The notes: generated from the letters alone by a model not told the origin. 64,000 bases of DNA from Paraspadella gotoi (GCA_051294375.1 JBJCIZ010000744.1:982262-1046261); one strand, 5' to 3'; numbered from the stretch's first letter, positions 11,577-25,666 are shown. Numbers and translations are program-made.

Positions 11577-14500
11577 TCATTTTCTGGCGTCCTTAAGACC
11601 CTGATAGTATCCCGTGTGATAACCGCTCATGTACCAAGAGACGAGCATGGCGTGGAGTGCGTCGGCATCGGGGCCGCCGCCGCCGCAGGAAGTCGGCAGC
11701 GGGGTCGGCAGAGCGGAAGGCGAGACGGCTGCGGTTCCATTGGAACCGGGAAAAGGAAAATTTCCGGGCGAAAACCTGGAAGGAATTTTGATTACATTTT
11801 AGAGGAGGATTTAGCCTGCCGTCCAATTCTCTTCTTCTTCTTCTTCTTCTTTCCTCCTCCTCCTCAGTATATTTTGTCGAGCGATACATTCTCTCGTTTC
11901 TACTCTTCGCGAAATATACCATTATTTTCCCTCTATTTCCTCACGCCTTCAATACCCCTCAAGCATTTATTAATTAAAAGTTTTAATTAACTGGTTCAAG
12001 GTATTAAATGAACAAAGCTAACGTTTCTATTTAGTAATATTCATCATTATTAACTTTAAGCGAGATCAGAATGTCCCGTTGCCATACAACATCATTTAGA
12101 ATCATTCAGTAAAAGGACAACAACAGCAACAACATTCTACCAATGTTTATTACTCCTTTACTAAAAACAGATAAACAGTAGGCCTTAGCAAATTTTATAA
12201 AGTTTTTTCCAGAATTTAGCACTATAGTACAAATTAGTCTTTATTTAAAAAACGAGATTAATCCAAACCAAGTTTCCCCCCCCCTAATAAATCCCATTTT
12301 TCTCACGGTAGCGCGAAGTTGGCGGGACAACACGAAGGAATATTTTGAGATTTGAACTTATTCCTGCCGCGCCGGTCTCTCTTCCCCCTCGAACCGCCGG
12401 TCTTCTCCGCGGTGCCGGGTGGCGCCGCGTCCTCCTCGTCCCCGCCAGGCGCCAGGGGGACTGCGGACTGCGAGGAGTTTTTGAGGCCGGAGCGCCGGCC
12501 GCGGCGATGACGGCCGCGTCCTCTGCCGCGTCGGGCGCCGCCTCTGCCGCGGAGGCGGGATTCTGAGGCGTCGCCAACAGAGGAAGAATCTTCTATTCCG
12601 TCAAGGATAGTCTCTTCTTCGTAATCTTGAAAAAAAAAAAAAAATGGAAACGATTTTAAATTTTAATACAATAAATAAATATCAATAAATATAATCATTC
12701 TTGCCTTTAACTTCGAACAGGCTACAGCGAGTTAAGAAATCCATCCCTCTAACAAGATTAAAACATAGCGGAACCCGCAAGCTTTCAATCAAGACTTTCG
12801 CAGTCTCGTTTAATCACTATCAGATTACCTGGCTTTCCTATCAACGAAGTGGTATAATGTTTAGATAAAAGGACTGCTCTCTTTTACGTAGTAGATCGGA
12901 AAATATTATTGCATGAAAAGATCTGCCCCCTATCCACCCGACCCCTAACCCATTCCCCTCAACTCTCCTTACCTTCATCAGAGTAAGTCTCGCTCTGTGT
13001 GGTTTCGCCCTTCGTTCTTCGCCTTTCACTTCGCCGCGACTTGGCCTTCGTCTTCGCCTCCGCCTCTTCTTCGCAGGGAAGCAGTTCGTCAATGTTTTGC
13101 TCTTCCTCGTTTCCGTAGCCTCAAGAAAAAGTGGGTCAAAGACAAAAGTTAATATTTTGTGTATATAAAGCGTGATATTATTAAATTTGAAACATTTCGT
13201 GACAGCATATACATGTACTTGTGATCCTTAGCTTTGAAGAGTGTAAGATTCAAATATTCATATAAGCTCGTTGTTCTATAACTTATGAGCATCCAAAAAA
13301 AAAAAAAAATCTAATTTAGTAACGTAATTTCACTACAATTTGTCGGTCCGTCGGTCCACCCCCACTTAAATCATGTCAGAACACCAAATTATGAAATATT
13401 ATGACAGCCCACTGGGTATTCAGTCAAGGAAGTGTTTGAAGGCGAGTCGAAATCTCAGTCCGCGACCCAGTCCCTAGCTTTATCTACCTCTCACAGATCC
13501 AACATAAGAATTAAACTTCTCCATAACCGGAACTGTCTCCCCCTTTCTTTTCACCGATATATCTAACGACGCAAGTGAAATTCTCGGCGTCGATCGATTT
13601 GACGATGGCGTCGTAGATTCGCCCGTCGTCGGCGAAGTAGGCGGCGCATCGGTGGCCGACCTTCCATCCGTTGACGGCCTTGTTCTTGCTGCGACGCCGA
13701 GTACGCCGTCCGCGTTTCGACGCCTCGCCGCTGTCCTCGGCGTCGTCGGCCTTGGCGTCGTCGTCGGGATCGGCGGCGTCTTCGACGGCTGCAGCTGCTG
13801 CGGCGTCGGCGGCGCCGTTTTTCTTCGTCTTGTTGCGACTCGATGATTTGGGAGGAGATGAGGGAGAGAGGTCATCGCCGGAGCTGAGATTTGGAAAATA
13901 TTACAATTAAATTAAATGCGGAGTACTTAAGGGAGTGGTCGTTTTACATTGAAACATTCTTTAAAATAATATATATATCAGCTCCTTGTATTTTGATGCT
14001 AGTGCGCAGTACAATAAGTATTCCCCGATCTAATACTTAAGGGAGTATTCTTTTCATACAATTGAAACATTTTTTGAAATATTTTCCACTTCATCGATAG
14101 GGAAGCCAGGTACTCTGGGAGTTAATAAACGAGACTGTGAGAGAGTCTTGATTGAAAGCTTGCCATTATCTTGTAAGAATGATCAGTTGCCACACGGACA
14201 TCCTTTATCAGTGTCGTTATTTATTTTTTTTATTTTATTCCTTTCTAATTGACTTGACTGGCCCCATTCCTCGAAGCGATTATCATGATTTGGGGATCAT
14301 TCCATCAACCCCATCATCCGCATCAACCCCATCAACCGCATCAACCCGATCCTTGCTCACCGCTTCACCATCTCGTCCTTCATAATGTTGTCGATTGCGT
14401 TGTCGTCGTTCGCTTTGATCAAATCCTCGTCGACCCAAAGTTCGTCGTCGTTTTCGTCGTCGTCGTCGTCGTCGTGCGATCGAGAAAACACGACGTCACC

Positions 14501-14629
14501 TAATAAAAAAAAATTATACTTCATTAATATTCAAACTATATTTACCCCCAAAAAAATTAAACTCAATCAGTTATAAATAAAACTACATTAAATTATTAAA
14601 TTACTCCAAAACCCACCTATAGACGCCAT
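11577..14629 (-). CDS. SMN1: Survival motor neuron protein (381 aa, 6 coding exons)
   Basis: Exons 14629-14617, 14499-14361, 13883-13555, 13119-12973, 12625-12307 and 11775-11577 join in frame with GT-AG introns (1146 nt). Gemin2-binding LWVDEDLIKA, Tudor WKVGHRCAAYFADDGRIYDAIVKSIDAENFTCVVRYIGYGNEEEQ, YG-box AMLVSWYMSGYHTGYYQG. Not visible in the ORF track. Confidence 0.93.
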
Positions 14630-16380
14630 TCCTGGAATTGGTTATAACATTTAAATCTGTATTCAAAATAAGATATTTTAAGAAACGGGTGAGACATTGA
14701 ACACGAAAATTCTCATGGAAAAAAGTTTCAAAGAAATTTTCTTTTCTAATTAAATTTCGTTCAAAAAACGAGGAAAAAGTCATTTTTGAATCACAAGTGA
14801 CAAGAAGAGTTCTTTCGCTCTTCCTTTCCCTCTTCGTTTCCGCCCTTTGGGTTTTTTAGTCTTTGCTCTTAGAATTTTTGCCCAAGAAAGTTCGCCGACA
14901 CTTTCCCGTTAGATATCTGTTCGAAAAAAGTTAAAAATAACCTGTTATAGTTATATATATATTATGAATATTTAATAAATAAATAACATGTCCTTTGGAC
15001 AATGTCAAAAGTCAGGGGCAAGATAGCACGTTTACTCAAGGAATCGTTAATTGGTTGTACCAAATTCATGTATAAATATATAATTCTGTTTAATTAAAAC
15101 TCATTTTCTCACCTGACGACACGATCGAAATCGTGATCTCGTGAATTTGTCTTTTCTGTTTCGTCTTTATCAAAATTCTGGTAATAATAATAATAACATC
15201 AAGTTTTAAACAAATTGTTTATGGTTCTCGTTTATGATAAAATATTCGGTTTTATTAATTACATTTCTTTTATCTCAGCTTTCGGACATATGACACACAC
15301 AACCTCTCTCTCTCACCTAAAACCGCCAGGCGCACTCTCAAAACTGTTTTCACATTAAAGTTGATTCAATAAATTGGTGGATATCTTACTTTCTTTGTGG
15401 TTTGATTACTCCGTTTCTCCAAACGAGTTACTTATGTGATCACTTATGCGACGATAAAGATGCTCAGTCTGATCACCTGTGATGATTTCATATTCAAAAC
15501 AGTTGGGGGGAGCGATATGATTGTATTAGTTTTTTTTAGCAATAACTATTATCAATCATCAGCTTCTGCACCATATACATAAACTGGAGCTAACAATGAG
15601 TATGTAAAAAATTCTAATTCAAATAACCCGTATTTTTTTGGTAAAATTTTAGAGAGTATTTTAATAATATTTTTAAAGAATTTCTATTTGCATTTCCATG
15701 TAAAAATATTTTACATTTTGAAAAATAACGGTCACAATATTAAGGTAAGAACTAAGGAATTTTAAAAACATTTCAATATTTTTTTATTTTATATATTACA
15801 TAAGTTTTAGTCGGATTGTTATTTGTAATGCGGAGCATTCACAAAAAAACGGGGGCTATTCTTCATTTACTGCTTTAAAATCTCGTTGATAAATACAATT
15901 TGTTTCAAAAGCAAAGAGCAATAACAAACAACTAATTTAAAACTATTAATACTTAACTATTATAGGAGGGAAATAGGATTTACCTTCAACGTTGTCTCCT
16001 TATATTGTAGTATTGGTAGAGGGATCTTGGATTTATGTTTTCTTCAATCAAACATTTTTAAGGCAAGCAATTCGTTTTTAAAGCAATTATTTCCTTTTAT
16101 AGGCACATTTTTAGGACAAGTTTTTTAGGGATTGTAATTCATTTTTTTGAGGGGAGTAAAAAGTGTCTTTTTACCCAGTTATTTAACTTTGAAAACTCCT
16201 TAAATCTCAATTTATGTTAAAAAGATACCTCTAAAGATCAAACAAACAGAAAACAACATTGATTGCACGCGCGGACTCTAAATGTATATAACTCTGGAGA
16301 ATCTAATCTCTTTAATTTTGGTTTCAAAAAATAACAAACAGCAATGATGAAATATATATTTTATTCCAAGGGCTTTTTTT

Positions 16381-17840
16381 TTAATAAGGGCGCCCGCCTC
16401 TCGGAAGGCCCCGTCCACGAACGGGTCCCCTCGCCGGGGCTAGACCTCGAGAACTGCCTCCAATGCCTCCGCCTCCGCCGCCGCCGCCGCCGCGGGGCAG
16501 AACTTTGCCAAATGAGGAATGGGTTTGTCCGTACCCATTGCCAAAGGAGTCGCCTCCATCGTCAAACTCCATCTCTTCATCGCATCCATTGTCGTCACCA
16601 TAGCCGTCACCGAATTGACCGCCTCCTCCGCCTCTTGGAGCACCACCGCGAAAACCCCCGCCGCGACCGCCGCGATGTCCGCGGGGCGTGAAGCTGCCTC
16701 GAGCGTCCCCCCGACCGCCGCCGCCTCTTACGCCCCGCCCACTGCCGCGACCAACTCCGCCTCCGGAGCCATAGCTCACGTCGTGGCCCCAGCCGGGAGC
16801 CATGCCCCACTGATGGGGCTGCGGCACGTAGGTGTCGTCGGGCTTCATGTAAGGCGCGAGGGCTTCCATGGCGGCGGCCATGTTGGTCCACACTTGTTGA
16901 CAGGGACCGTGTGACTCGACGCGCACGTGGAGGGGCTCGCGGATGTGTTGATATTCCGGGGCGCCTGATTCCAACAACTCCTGCTCCTTGTTCCTTTCTC
17001 TATGGAGCAGAAATTGAAGGAAGAGAAACGAATAGGGTTATCGGGCAATACAAAATTAATTACTTAAATATATAATAATTGTATAATCTTAGTAATTAGT
17101 AGTTATAGACAGAGCTATAGGTAATTAGACAAGATGCAAGTGCATTAATAAAAATGTATGCAATATTGAATATTGAATAATTAAATCGTGATGATTGTAT
17201 AGAAAAACGCAAGGGAATAAGAGCAGAAAATTGCTAAAACGTATGTGAGAGAGTGCCAAATTGCCAATACTTGGGATCCCATAAAATCAAGGAAAAGATA
17301 AGATAAAAAATAAGAAGATACGTGGGATGAACAAGATTTTTAAACAAGGTAGTAGTAGTAGTACTGTAGTAACCATGAAAAATGACTCAAACGATTAAAA
17401 AAGAGTAAATGAATGAATGAGTGGATATTGAATAAGTAATAAATAAATCATGTGTTCTATTTATAGCCTGGCGGCGTTTGGGTTCCCCACCTGGTCGACC
17501 CTCTCCCCATGATGGCCATTCGAGTGTTGGTTTCGGTGCAGAGCTTTTTCAAGTTCTCTCCCTTGTTGCCTAGCAACTTCCCCACGAAATTGTACCCGGG
17601 AAAATATTCCACGGGAATGACGACTTTGTGGGAAATTTTGATCCTCATTTTCTCGTTCAAATCGATGTAATCGGGATTCGCCGGGGGCCCCTTGGCCATC
17701 GAATCTTGGGTCAGCCTGTACAGTTCATTGTCAACGAGCCGGCCAATCTCGGGCGTGGATTCGAGGTCTAGTTTGGTGAACTCTCGCTTGAGAGCGTCCA
17801 ATTTGGGGTTGGCCGTCATGGGAGGTTGAGACTGCGCCAT
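16381..17840 (-). CDS. KHDRBS/Sam68-like STAR-family RNA-binding protein, copy A (2 exons, 322 aa)
   Basis: Exons 17840-17491 and 16999-16381 join in frame. QUA1-like helix pair, KH motif FPGYNFVGKLLGNKG, RGG-rich tail, terminal RPY. Confidence 0.9.
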
Positions 17841-18244
17841 TTTCTAATTCGATATAATCGCCTGACGTTTTTTTTTTTTCGACAAAGGTAAAGTCAAAAA
17901 AAAAAAAGGTTAAACATGGAAACGATGAAACGAACGGAATTTACCGACAGAACCAAAAAGGGGAGGAATAACTCGATACTTGCGTATATATATTTACAAC
18001 TCGAATAACGATTCATTCGAAAGATGATACATTTTTTTATGTATATATATATATATATGACTCACGTTGAATCTATAACGTCTAAATTTTTCATTCATTA
18101 CTCGAAAATAAGTTTATGAATTTCATTTTTAAGTATAATATCGAAAATATACTTAAAAGTTTAACAGTTTTAAAGTCATTTTTGCCGAAGAATCGGAGGG
18201 ATAGAGAGAGAGAGGGAGTTAGTTAAACAGCGAGAGTCACGTGA

Positions 18245-19216
18245 TCAGTAAGGTCGAGCGCGTTGAGGTCGTCCTCTCCCCCTCCCGTCTCCGCGCCCTC
18301 CCATCCCACGTCCGCGAACGGGTCCGCCCCTCATGTGCGGACGAGACTTTCCGAATCCCGAGGACTGTTGCGAGTAGCCTTCGCCGAATCCGCCCGACTC
18401 GTGCGGATTGAACTTCTGATCTTCGAATCCTTCGGCCTCGTGTCCGTTCTCGTCCGAGTAACCGGCGTAAGCGGAAGCGACGAGGCCGCCTCCACCTCTC
18501 GGAGCGCCTCTACCGCGTCCGCCGCCTCTGAAGGGCGGCATGCCACCTTCTCCGCCTCTACCGCGAGACCTCATGCCGCGCCCACCGTAGGCCGGCATCG
18601 GGGCGTGATAACTGGAATCTCCGTACATGGAGTAAGGATCGTAGGCGCCGTAACCGTACATTGGGGGCGCTGGCGGCTGATAAGACTCGTCGGGGGTCAT
18701 GAACGGCAAGAGGGCGGCCATTGCTTTGGCCATATTTTCCCAGACGTGCTGACAGGGCCCGTAGGACTCCACCCTGACGTGGAGGGGCTCCTTGAGGTGC
18801 AGATGCTCCGGGTCTCCGGACTCGAGGAGCACTTGGACGTTGGTGTTCTTCTTGGCGGAGCCTTGGCCCAGAATGGCGATGCGGGTCTTCGTCTCGAGGG
18901 CAATCTTCTTCAGGTTCTCGCCTTTGTTGCCGAGGATCTTGCCGACGAAGTTGAAGCCGGGATAGCGATCGACGGGGACGTAGAGCTTGTGCATGAGTTT
19001 GATCCGACTCTTTTCGTTGAGCTCGATGTACTCCTGGTTCGGCGGAGGACCTTTCATCACCGACTCTTGGGAGAGTTTGCGGATCTCGTGATCGATGACG
19101 CTGTGGACGTAGGGAGTGACGTCTGGATCGACGGAGGACAGCTCCATCTTCAAAGCCTCCAGCACGGGATTGTGCTGCTCCGTTTTCTCCGCTCCGAAAT
19201 TAGATGCTTCGGCCAT
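18245..19216 (-). CDS. KHDRBS/Sam68-like STAR-family protein, copy B (intronless, 323 aa)
   Basis: YPGFNFVGKILGNKG, HLKEPLHVRVE, Tyr-rich and RGG-rich tail, terminal RARPY. Confidence 0.9.
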   Translation of the reverse strand: MAEASNFGAEKTEQHNPVLEALKMELSSVDPDVTPYVHSVIDHEIRKLSQESVMKGPPPNQEYIELNEKSRIKLMHKLYVPVDRYPGFNFVGKILGNKGENLKKIALETKTRIAILGQGSAKKNTNVQVLLESGDPEHLHLKEPLHVRVESYGPCQHVWENMAKAMAALLPFMTPDESYQPPAPPMYGYGAYDPYSMYGDSSYHAPMPAYGGRGMRSRGRGGEGGMPPFRGGGRGRGAPRGGGGLVASAYAGYSDENGHEAEGFEDQKFNPHESGGFGEGYSQQSSGFGKSRPHMRGGPVRGRGMGGRGDGRGRGRPQRARPY

Positions 19217-21559
19217 CGTTTTCGTTTGTATTTGGAAAATCAGGGTTTATAGTGAATAATAGTTGAGGGAAAATATTTTTTTTTTCGGTTTTCTTATTTC
19301 GTTCTGGAAAAGCAGTCAATACCGATAACAAGTCAAATTTTAATAATATTGTTTGAAGAAAAGAATTGGATTACATTTTATTAGAATTTTACAATATTTT
19401 TACGATATTATATTTATCCCATATCCTAAAGGACCTTCTCTTATTACAGGTATTACTGATTTAGTGTTTACATTATCGGGAATCATATACAAGAAAGTTA
19501 TGACGTTTCTTGGAACAAGACGATACATTTAAGACGTGTATGTCCATTTTTAAGGACTAAAAGCCAAACTTCGACCAGCTTGAGGTTAATATTTTAAGAG
19601 GAGCGCATATTAGAAATCTCCCACTTTTTTAATTTTTTTTTTAATTTTTAAGAATTTTTTTTTTTTTTTTTTGAAAACATGAAAAAAAAAATAAATCAAG
19701 ACAAAACTAGTTTTAGATATTATTTTATTTGTTTTTCTTTAAATTTTTTAAAATTTTAAACCAAATTTTACATTTGTTATAAACCCCCAAAATCCACACT
19801 CAAGTAAGATCTTTTTGGCATTGTTAGAAACATTGTAATCATTAAAAGAATCGCTAATTGACATCGTTTAAAGCTATTTAAGATAGGTTTTGATCAATTC
19901 AGATCAATGTCTTTAAAGTTAATTTTGTTCAAAAATTTATGAAATGTATAAAGATAGTCCTATCTTAAAATTTAACGTTGTCAAATTAGTAATTGCCTCT
20001 ACAAACGTAACACTAATTGAATTGATCGGAGTTACATACAAAAGCTTAGTACATTCTATTTGCAAAGTTTTAGAATTATAAGATTTATTAGTGAAAGTTT
20101 TTAAGAATAATCTTAGGACATAATAAACCTAATATTACAAGATTATTACGTCACCATTTGACGCTATTACATTATGACAATTGTTGTAATATAGTAATCA
20201 TCATAATAATTAAAATTACTAAAGGGTAAACTTATAAAAACTGAAAAGGCAAAAATTTTGCTTACATCAATTTATAATTGGCTTTCAAAGGATAACTTTC
20301 ATATTTTAGTACGTAATAAACTATCTCGTATATTTTATTTGTAAATTAAAGCCAATAATGAGAGAAAAAGGAAAAAGATTGAGGTTACAACACTACATTT
20401 GATCATGATAGGATACGAAAAAAGATATTACTATAGTCACTATCTAGCCTGTACCATATACCAACAATAAAATTTAACTGACGAAGATTATTGAATTTTT
20501 ACATCACAAAGTAATTTCGGAAAACAAAAATAGGGAAGTTAAAGAAAAAATACATACCAAAAACCAGCCTCAAAAGCTTAAAAAACGACGAATTTGTAAG
20601 TAAAATCTAATATTTTTTTTTTTTTAAATCAATCTATAATGACTCATTCACCTCATTTGTAAGTTGAAACTAAAGAGTAAAAAGGTCTAACGTCATTCTA
20701 ATGTATGAATTGGTAATTATTAATTACGCAACAGGTGAAGTGAATGGTGTTTGGTTGCTCCTCGATATGATAATTTTAAAAAACACGTTAGAATATTAAA
20801 ATGACTTTTTTAAGCATCATTTTTCCCCGTTTTAAGGGTATGACGCTCATAATATACACTGCGAAAAAGAAATGTAATAAAATTGACAATAGGGAAAGGT
20901 ATTTTGCTTTTAAATCACAATGGTTTTAAAACCCGTTTAATCTAATCTTTGTAAAATGATAATATATTTTGTATTAATAATGTAAGTTATATCTTACCTC
21001 ACCAAGCAAAATCGTTAAAAATTATTATTTGATTAAAATGACTCGCAAAGTGTCCGTATTCAATATGATTTTGAGTTCTATTACCTTAAAGACAATATTT
21101 TTAAAAGATTATTTATAAAACATTTTTTACGACAGATGGTTTTTTTTCAGACATTACCAGACTGATACTATATTATACATGAGATGCACTATGTAGCAAG
21201 GTTTAAAAATGGTTTATCATACAAACAAAACATTTTAAATTTATCTTATTATACGTACTTGACATGTAAACTGAGGTCAGTAAAGTTTTACACGCATTTT
21301 CATGCATATATCATGTAGGATTGTAAGTGATTTTAGTGGTGAAAATCTATTTATGATCAGAAGACCAATAATTAAAAGTTAATATTAATTTAAGTTTGAA
21401 TTGTTATTAGCACTTAATTACGAATGAAAAACACCTCCATCACAAATTGTTTAAATTTTTGTGTTTTTAACTTTTTTATCGAATTATTATAATTCTTTTT
21501 GGAATTCTTTAATATTTTAAAGACGTGATTAGAAAAAAAAAAATCAGCAATAACAAGGT

Positions 21560-22525
21560 TTAATAGGGTCTTCCACGCGGGCCGGGTCGCGATCGCGGAA
21601 ATCCTCCCCGCATGACTGGGTTTCCTCTGCCCGCGGAAGGCCCCCCGCCTCGGGTCATCATTTTTCCGTAGGGCGCCTGATTGTGGGCATGGCCGAAGCC
21701 ATTGCTGTATCCCGTGGGGCTTTCAATGTCCATGTACTCTGGGACGTCTTCGCAGGTCTCCATTCCGCCGTACATCATTTCTTCCCCAAAGCCGTAACCT
21801 CCGCTTCGCTGCCCGCCTCTCAGCATGTTCCCCCTTTGGGATCCCCTCCCGCGGGGATAAGTTCCCCGGGAATCTCCCCGTCCCCCGTGCATATTCCCCC
21901 TCATGGAACCCCCTCTGCCGACCATGGGGGCGCCGTACATTCCCCCGACGCCGACTTCGTTGTAACCGTTCCATCCGCGCCACTGAGGCGGCGCGGGCGG
22001 AACGTAGGTGTCATCGGGCTTCATATAGGGCGCCAGGGCTTCCATGGCGGCGGCCATGTTGGTCCAGACTTGTTTGTAGGGTCCGTGTGATTCGACTCTG
22101 ACGTGGAGGGGCTCCCGAATGTGCTGGTATTCGGGCGCCCCTGACTCGAGCAGTTCTTGCTCTTTGTTTTTTTCCTTTGTCGATCCTCGGCCCAGAATGG
22201 CCATCCGGGTGTTTGTCTCCGTGCAGAGTTTTTTAAGATTCTCCCCTTTGTTGCCCAAGAGCTTCCCCACAAAATTGTAGCCGGGAAACCGGTCCACGGG
22301 GATGATGACGTTGTGGGCGATTTTGATTCTGTTTTTCTCGTTGGTCAGATCTAAATATTCGGGATTCGGTGGGGGACCTTTCATCATCGACTCCTGGGTT
22401 AGTTTATAGATCTCGTGCTCGACCAACTGGGCTAGGTGAGGCATCGCGTCTGAGTCGATATATTCGTACTGTTGTTTCAGGGCCTCCAAAACTGGGTTTG
22501 GAACGGGAGTGGTCAACTGAGCCAT
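21560..22525 (-). CDS. KHDRBS/Sam68-like STAR-family protein, copy C (intronless, 321 aa)
   Basis: FPGYNFVGKLLGNKG, HIREPLHVRVE, RGG tail, terminal RGRPY; closest to copy A. Confidence 0.9.
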   Translation of the reverse strand: MAQLTTPVPNPVLEALKQQYEYIDSDAMPHLAQLVEHEIYKLTQESMMKGPPPNPEYLDLTNEKNRIKIAHNVIIPVDRFPGYNFVGKLLGNKGENLKKLCTETNTRMAILGRGSTKEKNKEQELLESGAPEYQHIREPLHVRVESHGPYKQVWTNMAAAMEALAPYMKPDDTYVPPAPPQWRGWNGYNEVGVGGMYGAPMVGRGGSMRGNMHGGRGDSRGTYPRGRGSQRGNMLRGGQRSGGYGFGEEMMYGGMETCEDVPEYMDIESPTGYSNGFGHAHNQAPYGKMMTRGGGPSAGRGNPVMRGGFPRSRPGPRGRPY

Positions 22526-25500
22526 TGTTTATTAGTTATAAAAAAATTCTTAAAAATGTTATAAACCTAAAATAAAATAAAAAAAATGATAAGTCTAATT
22601 TGTTTATCACAGTCTCAAACATTCTCAAAATACATATATTTAAATAAGCAGCAAGTTGCCCAAAAAAAAATGTTAACAGGAATTTTAATTGTTTTTCTGA
22701 AACCGGTACAAAATCATTAAAAATTTTCGCAGAAATACATTTTTAAAAATTTGGATCATTTAATTTTAAGTATTTTATTTTTGAACCCAAAATTATACCT
22801 TAGAAAACATTTCAATCTAATCTACAACACAGTAAATTATTAACGCCTTTTTGGATGCTAAAAAAAATTATCAATAGAAAAAAGCGTTTAGCAATGTTAT
22901 AAATTGTCTCTTTTTTTTTTCAATTTTTTATGTCAAATTTTTCTTTTGATTTATTTCGTTTTAAACTTTTCCTTTTTTTTCGTTTCACTTGATTCCCGAA
23001 AACGATCTTCGTTAAAAATCCGCATTTTAACCTGAAATGAGAGAATTAAATTTTGAACTAATCCTGAATAAAAGTCGATGTTATAACCCGATATTTTCAA
23101 AGTTTCTTTCGTTGACTTCATATTAAATTTTTCAATTTTATAATTTAGATTCCGTCTCTAAAAATAGTTTGCGCCACAAAATGATTTAAAATAAATAAGG
23201 ATTTTCATCCTAGAAACAAATTCATTTGATATTTTTAAATTTTATGTTAAAAAACCGGAATAAAAATGAAATATTTTAATGGTCAGGGCTGAAGTTTGAT
23301 TTAAATGGAAAAAACGTCAATTTTAGAAAAAGAAAGAAAGGAAGGAAAGATGGAATGGTAAAGAAGATTGTCAACGACGGAGATTGCAACATGAAGCAAC
23401 GACCAATAGAGAAGAGAAGAGACAGAGAGGCCGTTGGCCGTTGGAAGAGATTCGACGTTGGACAATTGAGAATCTCCAATCGAACATCGACATCGAAGAA
23501 GTGAGACTTCCACTCTCAAACGAAGAAGTGAGACTTCCACTCTCAAAGTTTCAACTCCGATGACGAAAAACGACTTGGAGGCGATTTACGGGTTCAAAAA
23601 TTCCCAATGATCCGAAGCGGACCGACGTTCGACAATTGGTATTGTGTATACTACTCGATTGACCGACTTAAGCGAGAGTGAGATCATAAATCAAGGTGAT
23701 GATGAATCACCAAATATTTTCACGAAAAAAGCGACATATCAAGAAAGATTTTATGGTATGATTAAAATATTTTTAAAACTAAAGAGTATTTGAAGACTTT
23801 TAATAGTAAAAGATTATCTTATTAAAATTTAAAAATATAATTTATTAAAAAGCTAAAAAAATTTAAAAAAACTAAAGTATTCGTTTCCTATAAATGCAGA
23901 TAATTTTTCTTCGAAGAATGATCTCCAATTTTCACGCGAAAGCACATGCAGGTTAGGTTTCGGAAAAGACCAGTAGAATTTATAAACAAGGTACTTTTCA
24001 CAAAAGCTATGCGACGAATTAGAAGTTTAAAGGAATGACAAATCGGTAAGAAAAAACATTTCAAATCGTAAACAAATGACTGAATGAAGAGAATACACAC
24101 GCAAAAACGAGCGCACACATAAAAATGAAAAAAAAGAACAAAATTTCTAATTGGATTAAACAAAACATTTAGAGAATAAACCCGTCTTGTCTTATATGGT
24201 AATGGAATTGAAAACTAAATAAAAAGTTTAATTCTTCGTTTCACACTTCAAACAAACTATTTTTAGAGACAAAAAAAACTGCTTTGAGGGGAAAAACAAA
24301 AGTTTTTAAATCATTTTCTTTTGGCATTTAAAACTAAAACTAAATTAAGCAAAAACACCAAAAAAAAAAGAAAAGAAATAAAAAGTCCCAACATGAGCCT
24401 CTATCATGCTTCGCCCCATCTAATGTCCAACACCAAAAACAATCGCGACCATTCGACGTCGACGCCGACGTCAAAGTAAGGAAAACTTACCTCGTGCTGC
24501 GGACGGAAGCTGCGGCGGCGGCGGCGGCGCTGACGTAAACACAGAAGGGAAGAGACTATTGGGAGCGCTTTGAAATTTGGAAGAAAAATCCCGAGATTTG
24601 TTGACGAGATTTGGAAATAAATCGGTGGATGTTTGTGTCCATAAGTTATGTCGAAGGTGAGGCGAAGATAAAAGGTAAGTTGATGGGTAAATAAGATTGA
24701 AAAGAGATTAGGGGGCCGGGGGAGAGGGAGGGGAAGCATGATTAGAACCAAGTCGAAATAATAATTAATAATTTAAGTTTTTAAGGGAAAAAAAAACTTT
24801 CTTAATTTAATTGCCGTAATAAGTAGATAGTTTTACTGATTTAAAGTTATGAAATATAATCTAACAATCAAAAGAATTAATTTGTTAATTTTTACGCCAT
24901 CTCGACCTAATAATGAGCACCTCTCACGTGTGGAGATGAGATAGAGAGACGCGGATGGAGAAGTTGAAGACTTTGTGGCGAAATCCTGGAGGAAAAAGGA
25001 AAAGGTTCGTCGAGTCGGAGAAATGTATGGAGATTGAAGTGTAGTAAAAATTCTAATTTTAACTTAAATTAAAATTCTCAAAGCGAGGAATGAACAACAT
25101 TGTACTGGATAAATGGATAAACAAATTTTATTACAAATTTTGTAATTTATGCAGTGGGCTATATTTAGATATAGTACTAACCCTATAAATGTTAAAATTT
25201 CAAATTGGTTTTTTGTAAGATTTTTTTTATAGATTTGGATTCGTCTTGAAAGTTGATAAGAAATATAACTCTTTTTGAAAAATTATTTCATTAAGCTGGC
25301 CAAAAATCAGAAAGCCTATATTTTAAGCTGAAAATTAACTTTTTATACATTAAATATAGTTTTTTAAATTTTGAAATTTTAAGATTTTATAAGGATACTA
25401 CTATATAGAAATATGGCCTACTGCAAAAAATTAGAACTTAGAACTTTCATACGTAACTTTCACTACGCCCTTATGGAGATCAATAACAATAATAATTTAT

Positions 25501-25666
25501 TTTTACATTGAACAACCGCAAAGAAACGACATAAGAGGGAATGCGTTTATACGACGGAATATAAATACAATACATATGAATACAATATAAAATACCAGTT
25601 GTAAACAAATTTGACTAAAACAAAATTTTAAATCGTCGCGAGAGAAAACCAAATGTAATTTGCCTT

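Noticed and set aside
18263-19252. 329-aa plus-strand ORF and similar antisense ORFs over the KHDRBS, DAG1 and 798-aa genes
   Set aside because: Shadow frames of GC-rich coding sequence with no recognisable motifs.
23325-25030. GC-richer patches with possible splice sites between KHDRBS copy C and SF3B6
   Set aside because: Could not assemble a consistent ORF or recognise any homology; may be UTR exons or decayed sequence.
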